A stretch of DNA of 64,000 bases, taken from contig JAVZJD010000001.1 of NCBI GenBank assembly GCA_038870975.1, forward strand, positions 576,001 through 640,000, in the 5' to 3' direction. The DNA is from Candidatus Bathyarchaeia archaeon (lineage in GTDB: Archaea; Thermoproteota; CALKCG01; B24). The position numbers and the translations under genes are program-made. Positions 9,506-19,911 of this stretch are shown in pieces; positions within the stretch are counted from its first letter, which is position 1, and the number at the start of each line of letters is the position of its first letter. The notes under the pieces are model-generated. The model worked only from the letters and a program-made list of their open reading frames with translations, ran no database searches and had not been told where the DNA came from.

Positions 9506-10774
9506 ATGGGGATTGACATAAAACCGGAGAATTTGAGGGTTATAATCCCCATAGGTGGTGTAGCTAAACGATTACTACCTCTTACCGTGGAAGTTTCCAA
9601 GGCATGTGTTAGACTGGTAAATTTACCGTTGATTGAAATATCCATTTTAACTTTAGCCAAACAAGGTGTAAGGAATTTTATATTCGGTGTTAAAGGCTAT
9701 GTAAACTATAGGAGCTTACATGACCATTTTGAATCTGGAGTTGGCTTCTCAGCCAAGTATGGCATTAGCCCACGGGTACATATTAAGTATCAGCCTAATC
9801 TAGACGATTATGGGAGCGCTGATTCTGTTAGAATAAACGTTGAGTACTATGATGTTACAGACCCTGTTTTTGCCGTTCAAGGCGATAATATATTCAATAT
9901 AAATTTAGAAGAAATGTTAAAGTTTCACGAGGAAAGAAAGGCTTTCTTAACGATCGGGCTTATGCCAGTTTCAGATGTTACTGGATATGGTATCGCTAGA
10001 GTTGATAATGACATGCATATATCTGAATTCGTTGAAAAACCCAGTTTACGAGAAGCACCTTCAAACCTAGCCAATACAGGCCTCTACCTTTTTAGCCCAG
10101 AGGTTAGAGAGGTGTTTAAAGAAGATAGAGTTCAAGAGATGATACGTAAAAATAGGCGTTTAGACTTCGGTTACGACTTTATACCTTATCTTATTGAAAC
10201 TGGTAGAACTGTCTATGGATACGTCTTAAAGGGAACATGGTACGATGTTGGAACGCCTGAAAGATACTTAGAAGCTATGACTGGAATATTACAAGGTAGA
10301 TTGGAGGCCCTACAGGATTTTGGAGGAAGAGTTTCTGAAGATGTATCAGTCTGGATACAGGGTGAAAGCCCCGAGTCAATTCGCAGGAGGGAAGAGATTA
10401 TACGGAAAATAAAGGATGGGAGGATTGAAGTAGAGGGTGCTGTCTTAATCGGTAGACACTGTGAGATTTCAGATGGTGTTAGAATCGTAGACTCCTGTAT
10501 AGACAACTATACGAGAATAGGTAGAAACGCTACGATAGAGGGGTCAGCCATAATGGATAGATGTATAATAGGCGATAATGCTGAAATAAAGGAGAGTATT
10601 GTAGGGAGACATGTAACCGTAGATTCAAATGCATCTGAGAAAACGAAGCTTTTGCAAACTACAGTTGTAGCAGATGATGTATTTTTAGAGGCTGGATGCG
10701 AACTAATATCCACGAAGATCTACCCGCATAAACACGTATCTAAAAGATTGGTTCACGGTGGAGTGATAATTTGA
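9506..10774 (+). CDS. Sugar-1-phosphate nucleotidyltransferase (GlgC/GCD1-like) with left-handed beta-helix
   Basis: GG-x-A-x-RL-x-PLT...K, FVEKP, ANTGLY, DFG, W-x-DVGT and hexapeptide repeats; first gene of the glycogen cluster. Confidence 0.85.
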   Translation: MGIDIKPENLRVIIPIGGVAKRLLPLTVEVSKACVRLVNLPLIEISILTLAKQGVRNFIFGVKGYVNYRSLHDHFESGVGFSAKYGISPRVHIKYQPNLDDYGSADSVRINVEYYDVTDPVFAVQGDNIFNINLEEMLKFHEERKAFLTIGLMPVSDVTGYGIARVDNDMHISEFVEKPSLREAPSNLANTGLYLFSPEVREVFKEDRVQEMIRKNRRLDFGYDFIPYLIETGRTVYGYVLKGTWYDVGTPERYLEAMTGILQGRLEALQDFGGRVSEDVSVWIQGESPESIRRREEIIRKIKDGRIEVEGAVLIGRHCEISDGVRIVDSCIDNYTRIGRNATIEGSAIMDRCIIGDNAEIKESIVGRHVTVDSNASEKTKLLQTTVVADDVFLEAGCELISTKIYPHKHVSKRLVHGGVII

Positions 10775-10811
10775 AGTGTAAAATCGGTATCTACATAATA
10801 TACTGAAGTGT

Positions 10812-12371
10812 GTGAAAATGCCAGATATTTGTATGATTTTTGAAGTTCATCAGCCCCTAAGACTAAGACGACAATTCAACGTAGAAATTCTTAGACGACA
10901 AAGAATAGATAATAAAGACCTCTATGATATATACTTTAACAATTTATTAAACAGGGAAATTTTTAATCGAATATCGGAGAAATGCTATTTTCCAGCAAGC
11001 AGAATAATTCTAGAGCAAATAGATAGATTTAGAAGAGAGAGAAAGTCATTTAAAGTTTCATTCAGTTTTTCGGGTACGTTTCTAGAGCAGTGTGAAAAGT
11101 GGAGTCCAGATCTTTTAGAACTATTTAAAGAAATGACTGAAAGTGGATGTGTCGAACTACTTAGTCAAACATACTATCATTCACTTGCAAGTTTAAACCA
11201 CATGGATCAATCAGAGTTCTCTGAGCAGGCCGAGGAACATCGTCAACTTATAAAGGATTTATTCGACTATGAGCCTAAAACATTTGAAAATACAGAGTGT
11301 ATTTACAATAACGATATTGCTAAAAAGGTAGAAGCTTTAGGGTTTGAAGCAATCGTAACCGAGGGGGCTGAAAGGGTTTTAGGTTGGAGGTCTCCAAACT
11401 TCGTCTACAAGGCGAAAGAATCTGATGTTAAGATTCTGACACGAAACTATAGACTTTCAGATGACGTAGGCTTTAGATTCACATCGGTTGATTGGGATCA
11501 GTGGCCTTTAACAGCAGATAAGTATGCTACTTGGCTAGCACACACTTATGGCCAAGTTATAGTACTATTCTTAGACTATGAAACATTCGGCGAACACTAC
11601 TGGGCTGAAAGCGGCATTTTCGATTTCTTAAAGTGGCTTCCATTGGAAGTCTCTAAGTGGGATAATCTCTCATGGATCACGCCTTCTGAAGCCGTTCAGA
11701 AATACGCTCCATGTGGAGAGCTGGATGTTCCACCGGATAAAACAGTCTCATGGGCTGATGTTGAACGAGATACGAGTGCTTGGTTAGGCAATCCCCAGCA
11801 GAACATTTCATTTAGTTTATTAAATGAAGTTGGTTTAATCGTTAAAGAGTTAAACGAGACGGATTTATTAAGGGTTTGGCGTTACCTGCAGACGAGCGAC
11901 CACTTCTACTATATGTATACTAGAGGAGGCGAGAGCGGTATTGTACATGATTCATTCAACCCGTATGGAAGTCCAACTGAGGCCTTCATCGCCTACATGG
12001 GTGTACTATTAGATTTTGAAGCTAGATGTAAAATCCTGCTTGAAAGCTCTGAATTTAAGTATAAACATATACTGCGCCGTGTGCCCTGGGATAAAAGTTT
12101 CAAATTCTTTTATGGATTTGCCATGCCAACTGGCTTATCTGCCAACAGCCTGGAGGAATTTTACGAGGCAATTAGAATAGTGGATGTTAAATCTGTGATC
12201 TTCCATTTGGAGAGGGGGGATTTTGAAAGGTGGATTTTAAACGTTATTGAGGACCATGAGCTTGCTGAACTTATAGCGGATATACGGAGTAGAAAGATCG
12301 ACGCTGAGGAAAAACGTAAATTGCTACTCGACTTAATTGAGAGAAGAATAAAAGAGCTAAAGGAAGCTTAG
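10812..12371 (+). CDS. GH57 alpha-amylase-family protein with C-terminal DUF5752-like domain
   Basis: EVHQP, QTYYHSL, NTE nucleophile, DYETFGEH and TSDH GH57 motifs. Confidence 0.9.
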   Translation: MKMPDICMIFEVHQPLRLRRQFNVEILRRQRIDNKDLYDIYFNNLLNREIFNRISEKCYFPASRIILEQIDRFRRERKSFKVSFSFSGTFLEQCEKWSPDLLELFKEMTESGCVELLSQTYYHSLASLNHMDQSEFSEQAEEHRQLIKDLFDYEPKTFENTECIYNNDIAKKVEALGFEAIVTEGAERVLGWRSPNFVYKAKESDVKILTRNYRLSDDVGFRFTSVDWDQWPLTADKYATWLAHTYGQVIVLFLDYETFGEHYWAESGIFDFLKWLPLEVSKWDNLSWITPSEAVQKYAPCGELDVPPDKTVSWADVERDTSAWLGNPQQNISFSLLNEVGLIVKELNETDLLRVWRYLQTSDHFYYMYTRGGESGIVHDSFNPYGSPTEAFIAYMGVLLDFEARCKILLESSEFKYKHILRRVPWDKSFKFFYGFAMPTGLSANSLEEFYEAIRIVDVKSVIFHLERGDFERWILNVIEDHELAELIADIRSRKIDAEEKRKLLLDLIERRIKELKEA

Positions 12372-12459
12372 GGATTTAAAGACTTAACAGACTGAATTAA
12401 CGAATAACCGCAATATTTTTCTCTTTGAAGAATGAAATCTTTACGAAACGTTTAACTTA

Positions 12460-13728
12460 GTGAAGAAGAGTGAAACTATGATGGAAATAACATTTTTCAC
12501 TTACGAGTACCCTCCATATGTCGTTGGAGGGCTTGGAACGTATGCCGAATATTTGACTAGATGGCTTGTAAGAATGGGTCATGATGTGACCGTTTTCTCC
12601 ATGCATACGAAGAATGCCCCAACAAGAGACGTATACATGGGTGTTGAAGTCCATCGACCGATTGTTGAGAATATAAACATAAGCTTACTGCTTCCAATGT
12701 TCATACCTGAGGAAGTACAACGTTGGTCTGAGGAAGGTAGAAAATTCTTCGGCGATGTCTTCCTCTACAATGTGCTTTCAGCGAGCAAGCTGGTGAATGA
12801 TCTCGTCAGAAATGAAGGTAGGAAGGTTGACTTAATAGCTTCACACGACTGGTTGGGTTCAATAGGTGGGATACTTTCAAGCAGAGGCTTGAATAAGCCT
12901 CTTGTTTTCCATGTCCACAGTACAGAACAAGGACGGACTGGAGATGGCTCGGAAACGATTAAACGCTTAGAGAGATTAACAGCTGAACACGCTAGTAGAA
13001 TCATAACTGTAAGCTATGCCATGAGGGACCACCTTATAGGCTTAGGCTATGATGAAAAGAAGATACATGTCGTCTATAACGGTGTGGATGCCGAAAAATA
13101 CGATCCAGGGAGGATTTCACCTGAAGACGTAACCAATGTCAGAAAAAGCCTTGGTATAGATGAAGATGAGTACATGATTCTATTCATAGGGAGACTGACT
13201 TGGGTTAAAGGTGCCGATACGCTTATACTTGCCATGCCTGAGGTTCTGAGTAAAGTACCAAACGCAAAGCTTGTGGTCGTGGGTGTTGGTGAACAGGAAG
13301 AATTATTAAGAAACGAAATCCAAAGACTTAGACTTAAGGATAAGGTCGTCCTTAAATGTGAATTCGTACCAGAAGACTTGAGGATAAAATACTATGCAGC
13401 TGCAGATGTATGCGTTTTCCCATCTAAATACGAGCCCTTTGGCATTGTCTGCGCTGAAGCCATGAGCATGGGTAAGCCTGTAGTCGTCGGAGCTAGAAAT
13501 GTCAGCGGTATGCGCGAACAAGTCATCCCTTCAGGTCCAGATCAATGCGGTTTTCACATAAATCCTTATGATCCAAGCGACATAGCTAAATTCGTAGTAG
13601 TACTATTAGAAGACGAAGATTTGAGGAGAAAATGTGGATTAAATGCTAGGAAAAGAGTTCTTGAGCAATTCACGTGGAAAAACGTGGCGGAGAATACAGT
13701 AAGAGTGTATGAAGAAGCTTTACGGTAA
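12460..13728 (+). CDS. GT4 glycosyltransferase, glycogen-synthase-like (start may be 12478/12481)
   Basis: YEYPPYVVGGLG, HDW, HSTE, YEPFGIV-x-x-EA. Confidence 0.85.
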   Translation: MKKSETMMEITFFTYEYPPYVVGGLGTYAEYLTRWLVRMGHDVTVFSMHTKNAPTRDVYMGVEVHRPIVENINISLLLPMFIPEEVQRWSEEGRKFFGDVFLYNVLSASKLVNDLVRNEGRKVDLIASHDWLGSIGGILSSRGLNKPLVFHVHSTEQGRTGDGSETIKRLERLTAEHASRIITVSYAMRDHLIGLGYDEKKIHVVYNGVDAEKYDPGRISPEDVTNVRKSLGIDEDEYMILFIGRLTWVKGADTLILAMPEVLSKVPNAKLVVVGVGEQEELLRNEIQRLRLKDKVVLKCEFVPEDLRIKYYAAADVCVFPSKYEPFGIVCAEAMSMGKPVVVGARNVSGMREQVIPSGPDQCGFHINPYDPSDIAKFVVVLLEDEDLRRKCGLNARKRVLEQFTWKNVAENTVRVYEEALR

Positions 13729-13860
13729 TGGTCCATCTAATTACAGTAGTCGATTCTACAGTAAATACGATGGTTTCTCGATAAAGGAAGATCATGGAGG
13801 AGGAAACCTATATATTGGAAAAGGCTTTAAACAATTTTGGTAGACTGGGCTGACAATCCG

Positions 13861-15030
13861 ATGAATATTTGCATGATAACGTGGGAATATCCACCTAGAA
13901 TAGTTGGTGGTATTGCAAGACATTGTGAGGGGCTTGCGAAGGCACTTGTAAAAATAGGACATCCTGTGCATGTCATTACTCTTGATTTTCCAGGAGCATT
14001 GCAATATGAAGAAGTTGAAGGTGTGAAAATTCATCGGACGTCTGTAGAACTCGGTCATCCGAGTTTCATCGCTTGGGTGTTCATATTCAACCACTTTATG
14101 GAGAAGAAGGTTGCGATGTTAAGTAAGGATGTTAAATTTGACATAGTTCACATTCACGATTGGCTTGTAGCCTTCTCAGGCATAGCTACGAAGCACTATC
14201 TTAAGATACCACTCGTTTTGACTCTACATAGTACGGAATTTGGTAGAGCATTCAGCCTTAACAATCCAGACTCCTACCTTATCGATGGAATAGAATGGTG
14301 GGCAACATACGAGTCGAAGAGAGTAATTGTTACGAGCAACTCCATGAAACATGAAGTTGAAGAACACTTTCACCTTCCACAAAGCAAGATTGACGTAATT
14401 CCAAACGCTATTGATGCCTCCAAGTACAATGTTAAAGTTGATCGTGAAGCCGTTAAGAGACGTTATGGAATAGCTCCCGATGATAGAGTCGTCCTCTTCG
14501 TGGGAAGACTAGTTCCTCAGAAAGGAGTGGAACACCTGATTAAAGCCACGTCCAAAATCGTTAGTAACCATCCGAATACCCGCATTGTGATAGTTGGAGA
14601 TGGCTGGCTGAAGGAACACTTATGGAACCTTGCGGTTTCAAGTGAATACAAACATAAAATATTGTTTCTAGGCTTTTTATCAGACCAGGAACTCATCGAA
14701 CTGACTCTCAGCTCAGATGTTCTCGTAGTCCCCTCTATATATGAACCGTTTGGTATAGTTGCTCTCGAAGGAATGGCTGCAGGAGTCCCAGTTGTAGCCA
14801 GTAACGTCGGAGGTTTAGCTGAGATTATTGAACATGATAGAACCGGAGTCTTGGTCTATGCTGGAGACCCAAATTCAATAGCATGGGGAGTAAATAGAGT
14901 TTTATCGGATTTAAATTATGCACGTTGGCTGGTGGAAAATGCTAAAAGGAAGATCCGGGAAATATATAGTTGGGATGCTGTCGCGAAAAGAACGGTTGAA
15001 GTCTATGAGAAGTCATGCGTAGGGGTGTAG
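13861..15030 (+). CDS. GT4 glycosyltransferase, paralog of the upstream gene
   Basis: WEYPPRIVGG, HDW, HSTE, YEPFGIVALE. Confidence 0.85.
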   Translation: MNICMITWEYPPRIVGGIARHCEGLAKALVKIGHPVHVITLDFPGALQYEEVEGVKIHRTSVELGHPSFIAWVFIFNHFMEKKVAMLSKDVKFDIVHIHDWLVAFSGIATKHYLKIPLVLTLHSTEFGRAFSLNNPDSYLIDGIEWWATYESKRVIVTSNSMKHEVEEHFHLPQSKIDVIPNAIDASKYNVKVDREAVKRRYGIAPDDRVVLFVGRLVPQKGVEHLIKATSKIVSNHPNTRIVIVGDGWLKEHLWNLAVSSEYKHKILFLGFLSDQELIELTLSSDVLVVPSIYEPFGIVALEGMAAGVPVVASNVGGLAEIIEHDRTGVLVYAGDPNSIAWGVNRVLSDLNYARWLVENAKRKIREIYSWDAVAKRTVEVYEKSCVGV

Positions 15031-15032
15031 TT

Positions 15033-15293
15033 ATGCATAGAGGAAGACCTATGCCAATTTCAGATGAAGTATACTTCTTATGCATGCTCCACAATATTGG
15101 TATGACGACTCCTGAGAAGTCCCTCACGATTGAAGAAATATCACGTTGGACAGCTGTAGAACCATCTAAAGCTGAGGAAAACTTGAATAAACTTTTAAAA
15201 GCGAAGTACGTAGACGTAAGAATCATTTCTGGAATTAAGAAGTATTTCATAACGTCTGATGGAATAAGAAAGGTTTTAAGTATGTATAGTTGA
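15033..15293 (+). CDS. Small winged-helix-like protein
   Basis: SLTIEEIS...NLNKLLKAKYV...YFIT-x-x-G wHTH pattern; GGGGTG SD before ATG 15033. Confidence 0.6.
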   Translation: MHRGRPMPISDEVYFLCMLHNIGMTTPEKSLTIEEISRWTAVEPSKAEENLNKLLKAKYVDVRIISGIKKYFITSDGIRKVLSMYS

Positions 15294-16352
15294 CTACTCA
15301 TTACTCTTGAGCATGCTTTCCTCCATTTTAAAGGATTCTTTTAAACTCTCCGCAGCATCCTCTGGAGGAACTGTGTTTATAAATACCCCGGTACTCTTCT
15401 CCAATCCAGCCCATATAGTTAATCTAGGATAAACCTCTACATGCCAATGGTAGTGGTTCTCCAGTAGCATGTGAAAACCAAGATTATACGGGGGATCATT
15501 CAACAGACTCTTCAATCCACCTAGACTCACTCTTAGGGTTTCAGCAAGATTTTCAACTTCAATATCAGTCATTTCTAAAATAGATGATTGATGCCTCTTC
15601 GGGAAAATCCAGAATTCAAATGGGTTTAATGACGCCCAGGGTGTGAACACTATAAAGCTTTCATTATCCCAGATGAAACGTTCGCTTTTAGCCTCTTCTT
15701 CAATTATACTGCAGAAGATGCATCTACCTTCAGCTTTGTAGTAGCCCCTACTTGCCTTAGCTTCCTCTTTAACTATTCTTGGAAGTATCGGCATTGCTAT
15801 TATTTGAGAATGAGGATGTGAAAGAGAGGCGCCAGCGTTTGCACCATGATTTCTAAAGACGGATACGTATTTCACATACTCCTTTGATGATAAATAGTGA
15901 AATCTATCTTTAATGGCATTGATAGCAAGTTTCAGTTGAGATTTTCTAGCCATACTTGGATGCTCATCGTGAAACGGTGACTCAATGAGGACCTCGTGAA
16001 AACCCAAAGTTTTCATGGAGTTGCGGAAATCCGTAGATTTAAATCCCCGCTCAGGTTTTTGATCATCTGGCGGAGAAAAAGCTGGGTAAAGATTTGGAAT
16101 ACATCTAACAACCCAATTCTTATGACGAAAGACATCGACCTCTACGGTTTTTCTGACATCTCCATCGTCTATCAGATAGACCAGTGTTGCTGGTGGTGTT
16201 AGATGCTCATTACCTGGACAGAAGGGACATATCGTCTTTTTCACCTCATCCTTCTTCGCTTCAAAAAAATCTGAAGGCCTCCTCCTCCTTTGAGGAGCTA
16301 TTACAACCCATCGATCAAGTATGTAATCCTTTCTCAACTCGTTTTTAGACAC
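15294..16352 (-). CDS. galT: GalT-family nucleotidyltransferase (galactose-1-P uridylyltransferase / ADP-glucose phosphorylase-like)
   Basis: ELR-x-D, CPFCPGNE, NLYPA, GASLSHPHSQ (HxHxQ), C-x-FC. Confidence 0.85.
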   Translation of the reverse strand: MSKNELRKDYILDRWVVIAPQRRRRPSDFFEAKKDEVKKTICPFCPGNEHLTPPATLVYLIDDGDVRKTVEVDVFRHKNWVVRCIPNLYPAFSPPDDQKPERGFKSTDFRNSMKTLGFHEVLIESPFHDEHPSMARKSQLKLAINAIKDRFHYLSSKEYVKYVSVFRNHGANAGASLSHPHSQIIAMPILPRIVKEEAKASRGYYKAEGRCIFCSIIEEEAKSERFIWDNESFIVFTPWASLNPFEFWIFPKRHQSSILEMTDIEVENLAETLRVSLGGLKSLLNDPPYNLGFHMLLENHYHWHVEVYPRLTIWAGLEKSTGVFINTVPPEDAAESLKESFKMEESMLKSNE

Positions 16353-16500
16353 TTTAGCATCACCATTTTAAACGGAACACCTTAAGCGGTAATCTTAAAT
16401 TTACTACATCCTCATAAACTCTACCATCCGATACTTAGTAGTTGATGTTGAAATTCTAAACGTTTAAAAGGAGGGATCTTCTAATTGAGCAGGGAGATTT

Positions 16501-17055
16501 TTGAAGCAGTTGAGTAAAGAGAAGAAGGATATATTGGAGCTACTGTGGAGGGTAAATAAGCCAGTAAACCTAGAAGACATAGTTCGAGAAGCCAAATTGA
16601 AGACAAGATCTGCCGTTATGCATCTTTCAACTCTCAGAAGGATGGACTACATATCGGTAACAGAAGACGGACTATACACATTGACGTATCGGGGTAAAGA
16701 GGCCTTGGGCTTACCGAAGATAGATAGAGATTTTGCTAGGAAAATTTTAAGTAAAGTGCCTCAAGAGAAGGCCTTCAACTTTTACATTGAAATAGATAAA
16801 CCACTAATGATTTCATCAGACTCTTTAACAGATTTCTGTGAGAGGATTAAGAATATCGATGTGAAATCGATAGAATTTCACTCTTCACGTGGAGACTTCG
16901 AGCTATGGATTCACTTCCTAGGCGATGTAGAATTAGCTAAAAGATTGAGATTCATTAGAGAGATGAATCTAACCGGCGAAGAACTTAGAAAAGAGATATA
17001 TGAAACCGTAAAATCAAGGTGCGAAGAACTCCAGAGAATCGCCTCCTCTAATTGA
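16501..17055 (+). CDS. Winged-HTH protein fused to a DUF5752-like domain
   Basis: N-terminal wHTH; the C-terminal domain aligns by eye with the C-terminus of the GH57 at 10812. Confidence 0.75.
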   Translation: MKQLSKEKKDILELLWRVNKPVNLEDIVREAKLKTRSAVMHLSTLRRMDYISVTEDGLYTLTYRGKEALGLPKIDRDFARKILSKVPQEKAFNFYIEIDKPLMISSDSLTDFCERIKNIDVKSIEFHSSRGDFELWIHFLGDVELAKRLRFIREMNLTGEELRKEIYETVKSRCEELQRIASSN

Positions 17056-17096
17056 GAGGAGCATAAAATCTCCATCTTAAGTTGGATGCAGATATG

Positions 17097-17128
17097 AATT
17101 AAAGTCGTCTTTTCTGACGACTTTAATT
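17097..17128. terminator. Perfect 13-bp inverted repeat downstream of the HTH gene
   Basis: AATTAAAGTCGTC-TTTTCT-GACGACTTTAATT. Confidence 0.5.
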
Positions 17129-17487
17129 ACGGAGTTTATTTTAGTAGCTCTTATGAGGCTGCTTGAGATGGGTTTAAGCATGGTAGGAGTAGGCCAAGGA
17201 GTAGGTGTAAGTCTAAGCGTGGAAGACCATATAGGTTCGATATAGTTACATATAAGAGCATGAGAAGCACCGTTGAAAGTTTCTCCATATAAATAAAAGT
17301 ATTTAGAAGAATAGCCATGAAATGGGGGAGACCTACATCGACATTCCTAGGCTTCATAAAAAATAGCCCGCATTACTGCTAAGGGTTTTCAGATAATATC
17401 GCAATTAGTATAGTCGATGCACTCTTCTATCGATTCTATTCGTAGGTTTAAAATACTATCTTCAAGAATAATACAGAGTGTTTAAAA

Positions 17488-19864
17488 ATGGAGTTAATCG
17501 ATATTTCCGATACAATCATTTTAACGCCGAGACATATTTCAAGGATAGAAGCTAAAAGCAATTGCCATTTTAGTCGAGGAAGTAGAGAAGAGAACTGGGC
17601 TCAAGCTTCCAGTAGTCCATCAATGGGATGGGGAAGATTTAACAGTCATACTGGTAAGCTCAGAGGAATCTTTAAAGAATCTAAATTTCCCATATCTTAA
17701 TCTTCTAGACGGATTGGAAAAGCCGGGTAAGGAAGGCTATAGGATTCTTGTGGAAAAACTGAAAAACCATCCAGTTATTTTTATTGTCGGAAGAGATGAA
17801 CGGGGAGTTCTTTATGGCGTTGGAAGATTCTTACGTAAACTCATATGGGGAAGGGGCTTCATTAAAATACATTATGGCTTAAAGATCTCCAGTACACCAG
17901 CATTCCCTCTAAGGGGGCATCAGTTAGGCTACAGACCTAAGAGCAACACTTACGACGCGTGGTCTATTGAACAGTTTGACCAGTATATACGTGAACTGAC
18001 ATTCTTTGGAGCGAACGCGATTGAAATAGTTCCACCTAGAACAGACGACGAGCCAATAAACTCTCTCATGAATATTCCACCTTTAGAAATGATGGCGAAG
18101 CTGTCTCAAATAATCGACTCATATGGGCTAGATGTATGGATTTGGTATCCCAATATGTTCTCTGACTCAGAAATCGTAAACGAAGAAAACATGAAGAGGG
18201 AGCTGACTGAACGTGAAGAGATCTTCAGTAGACTACCTCGAATAGATGCGGTTTTCATTCCAGGTGGAGACCCTGGAATACTGAAAGCCGATGAATTATT
18301 CCAATGGGCTGAGAAGGTGGCAGCCATACTACGTAAATACCATCCAAATGCCAAAATTTGGCTATCTCCCCAGTTTCCAGAAACACCTTCAGACAGTTGG
18401 TATGCTGAATTCTACAAGAACGTTAAAAGAAGACCCGATTGGTTGGGTGGAATAGTTTTCGGACCTAGGGTAAAAACTCCACTACCAGAATTACGTAGAA
18501 TAATCCCCGATGAGTACCCCATCCGTCATTATCCAGATATTACCCATTCTATTAGATGTCAATACCCTGTTCCAAACTGGGATGTGGCCTTCGCCATAAC
18601 CCTAGGACGTGAGTGTATTAATCCGAGGCCTAAAGCTGAAAAACATATTCACAATCTATTTGCACCATATACGATTGGAAGCATAAGCTATTCGGAAGGC
18701 GTTAACGACGATGTAAATAAATTCATATGGAGCGATCAAGACTGGAACCCAAATACACCTGTAATAGAAACATTGAGAGATTATGTTCGAGTATTTATCA
18801 GTAGCGAGTGGGCAGATGAAATAGCCCACTGTATTATGGCTTTAGAGGATAATTGGATTGGCCCAGCTATAGCTAATGACAGTATAGAAGTAACTTTAAG
18901 ACAGTGGCAAGAGCTGGAGAAGAAAGTTCCTCAGGAGGTTTTAGAGAACTGGCGTTTTCAGATGGGACTACTTAGAGCATACTATGATGCTTATGTTAGG
19001 AGGAGGTTAATTTATGAGACAGAATTAGAAGAAGAGGCCATTGAACGGCTGGAATCTGCTAATTCAATAGGCTCACTAAGAGCAATAGAAGAGGCTGAAA
19101 AAATATTGAGAAAAGCTCAAACAGAACCTGTAGCCGTAGAATATCGAAAGAGGTGCGAAGAACTAGCTGATAAACTCTTCAAAAACATTGGACTACAACT
19201 TTCAGTAAAAAGGCATCAAGCTGCAAATTGGGAGCGGGGGGCATTTATGGACGATATTGACATGCCGCTAAACAACATGAATTGGTTGTTAGCTCAATTC
19301 CAAATAGTACGTAAAATGGAAGACGAAGATCAAAGACTGAAGGCAATAGATAGGATCATAAACAGGGTGAACCCTGGCCCTGGAGGGTTCTATGAAAATT
19401 TCGGAAGTTATGTAAGCATAAACCGCTTATTTGAAGCCAATGATTGGAGGAAAGACCCAGGATTCATATCATCTAGAGGCATAACGTTTGCCACGCCCTT
19501 ACTTCACTTAGAAGGGAAGCGATTTAAATATGACGGTGTTCCATTAGCTTGGGTTAATAAGATCTTCTCACCTTATCAGCATCCCCTAACTATTTCCTAT
19601 GACGGTTTAGACCCAACGGCATCTTACAGAATCAGAATAACATACGTAGGCTTTTCTGGAGATGAAGTGAAATTATTGGCCGATGAAAAATACATTATAC
19701 ACGATTTCATCAACATTACTGGTAAATGTATAACCATAGAGTGCTCCATCCCCCAGGAAGCAACCATCGGTGGAAAATTGAATTTAACTTGGATTGCAAA
19801 AGAGGGAAGTCGAGGAGTGAGTGTAGCTGAACTCTGGATAATGAAAACAAGAAATATCGATTAG
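17488..19864 (+). pseudogene. Putative glycoside hydrolase (GH20/GH67/GH115-type N-terminal domain) with a 1-nt frameshift near 17554-17557
   Basis: Removing one A from AAAA joins MELIDISD...IEAK to AIAILVEEVEKRTG, which is in frame with the 17714 ORF. IVGRDERGVLYGVG and LRGHQLGYRPK follow. Confidence 0.7.
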
Positions 19865-19911
19865 CCTTTTTTAAACTGAAAATACGCTATATTCTTTATT
19901 TATGAATATTA

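Noticed and set aside
17151-17357. 68-aa minus-strand ORF in the intergenic gap
   Set aside because: No recognisable motif or SD, so it cannot be supported.
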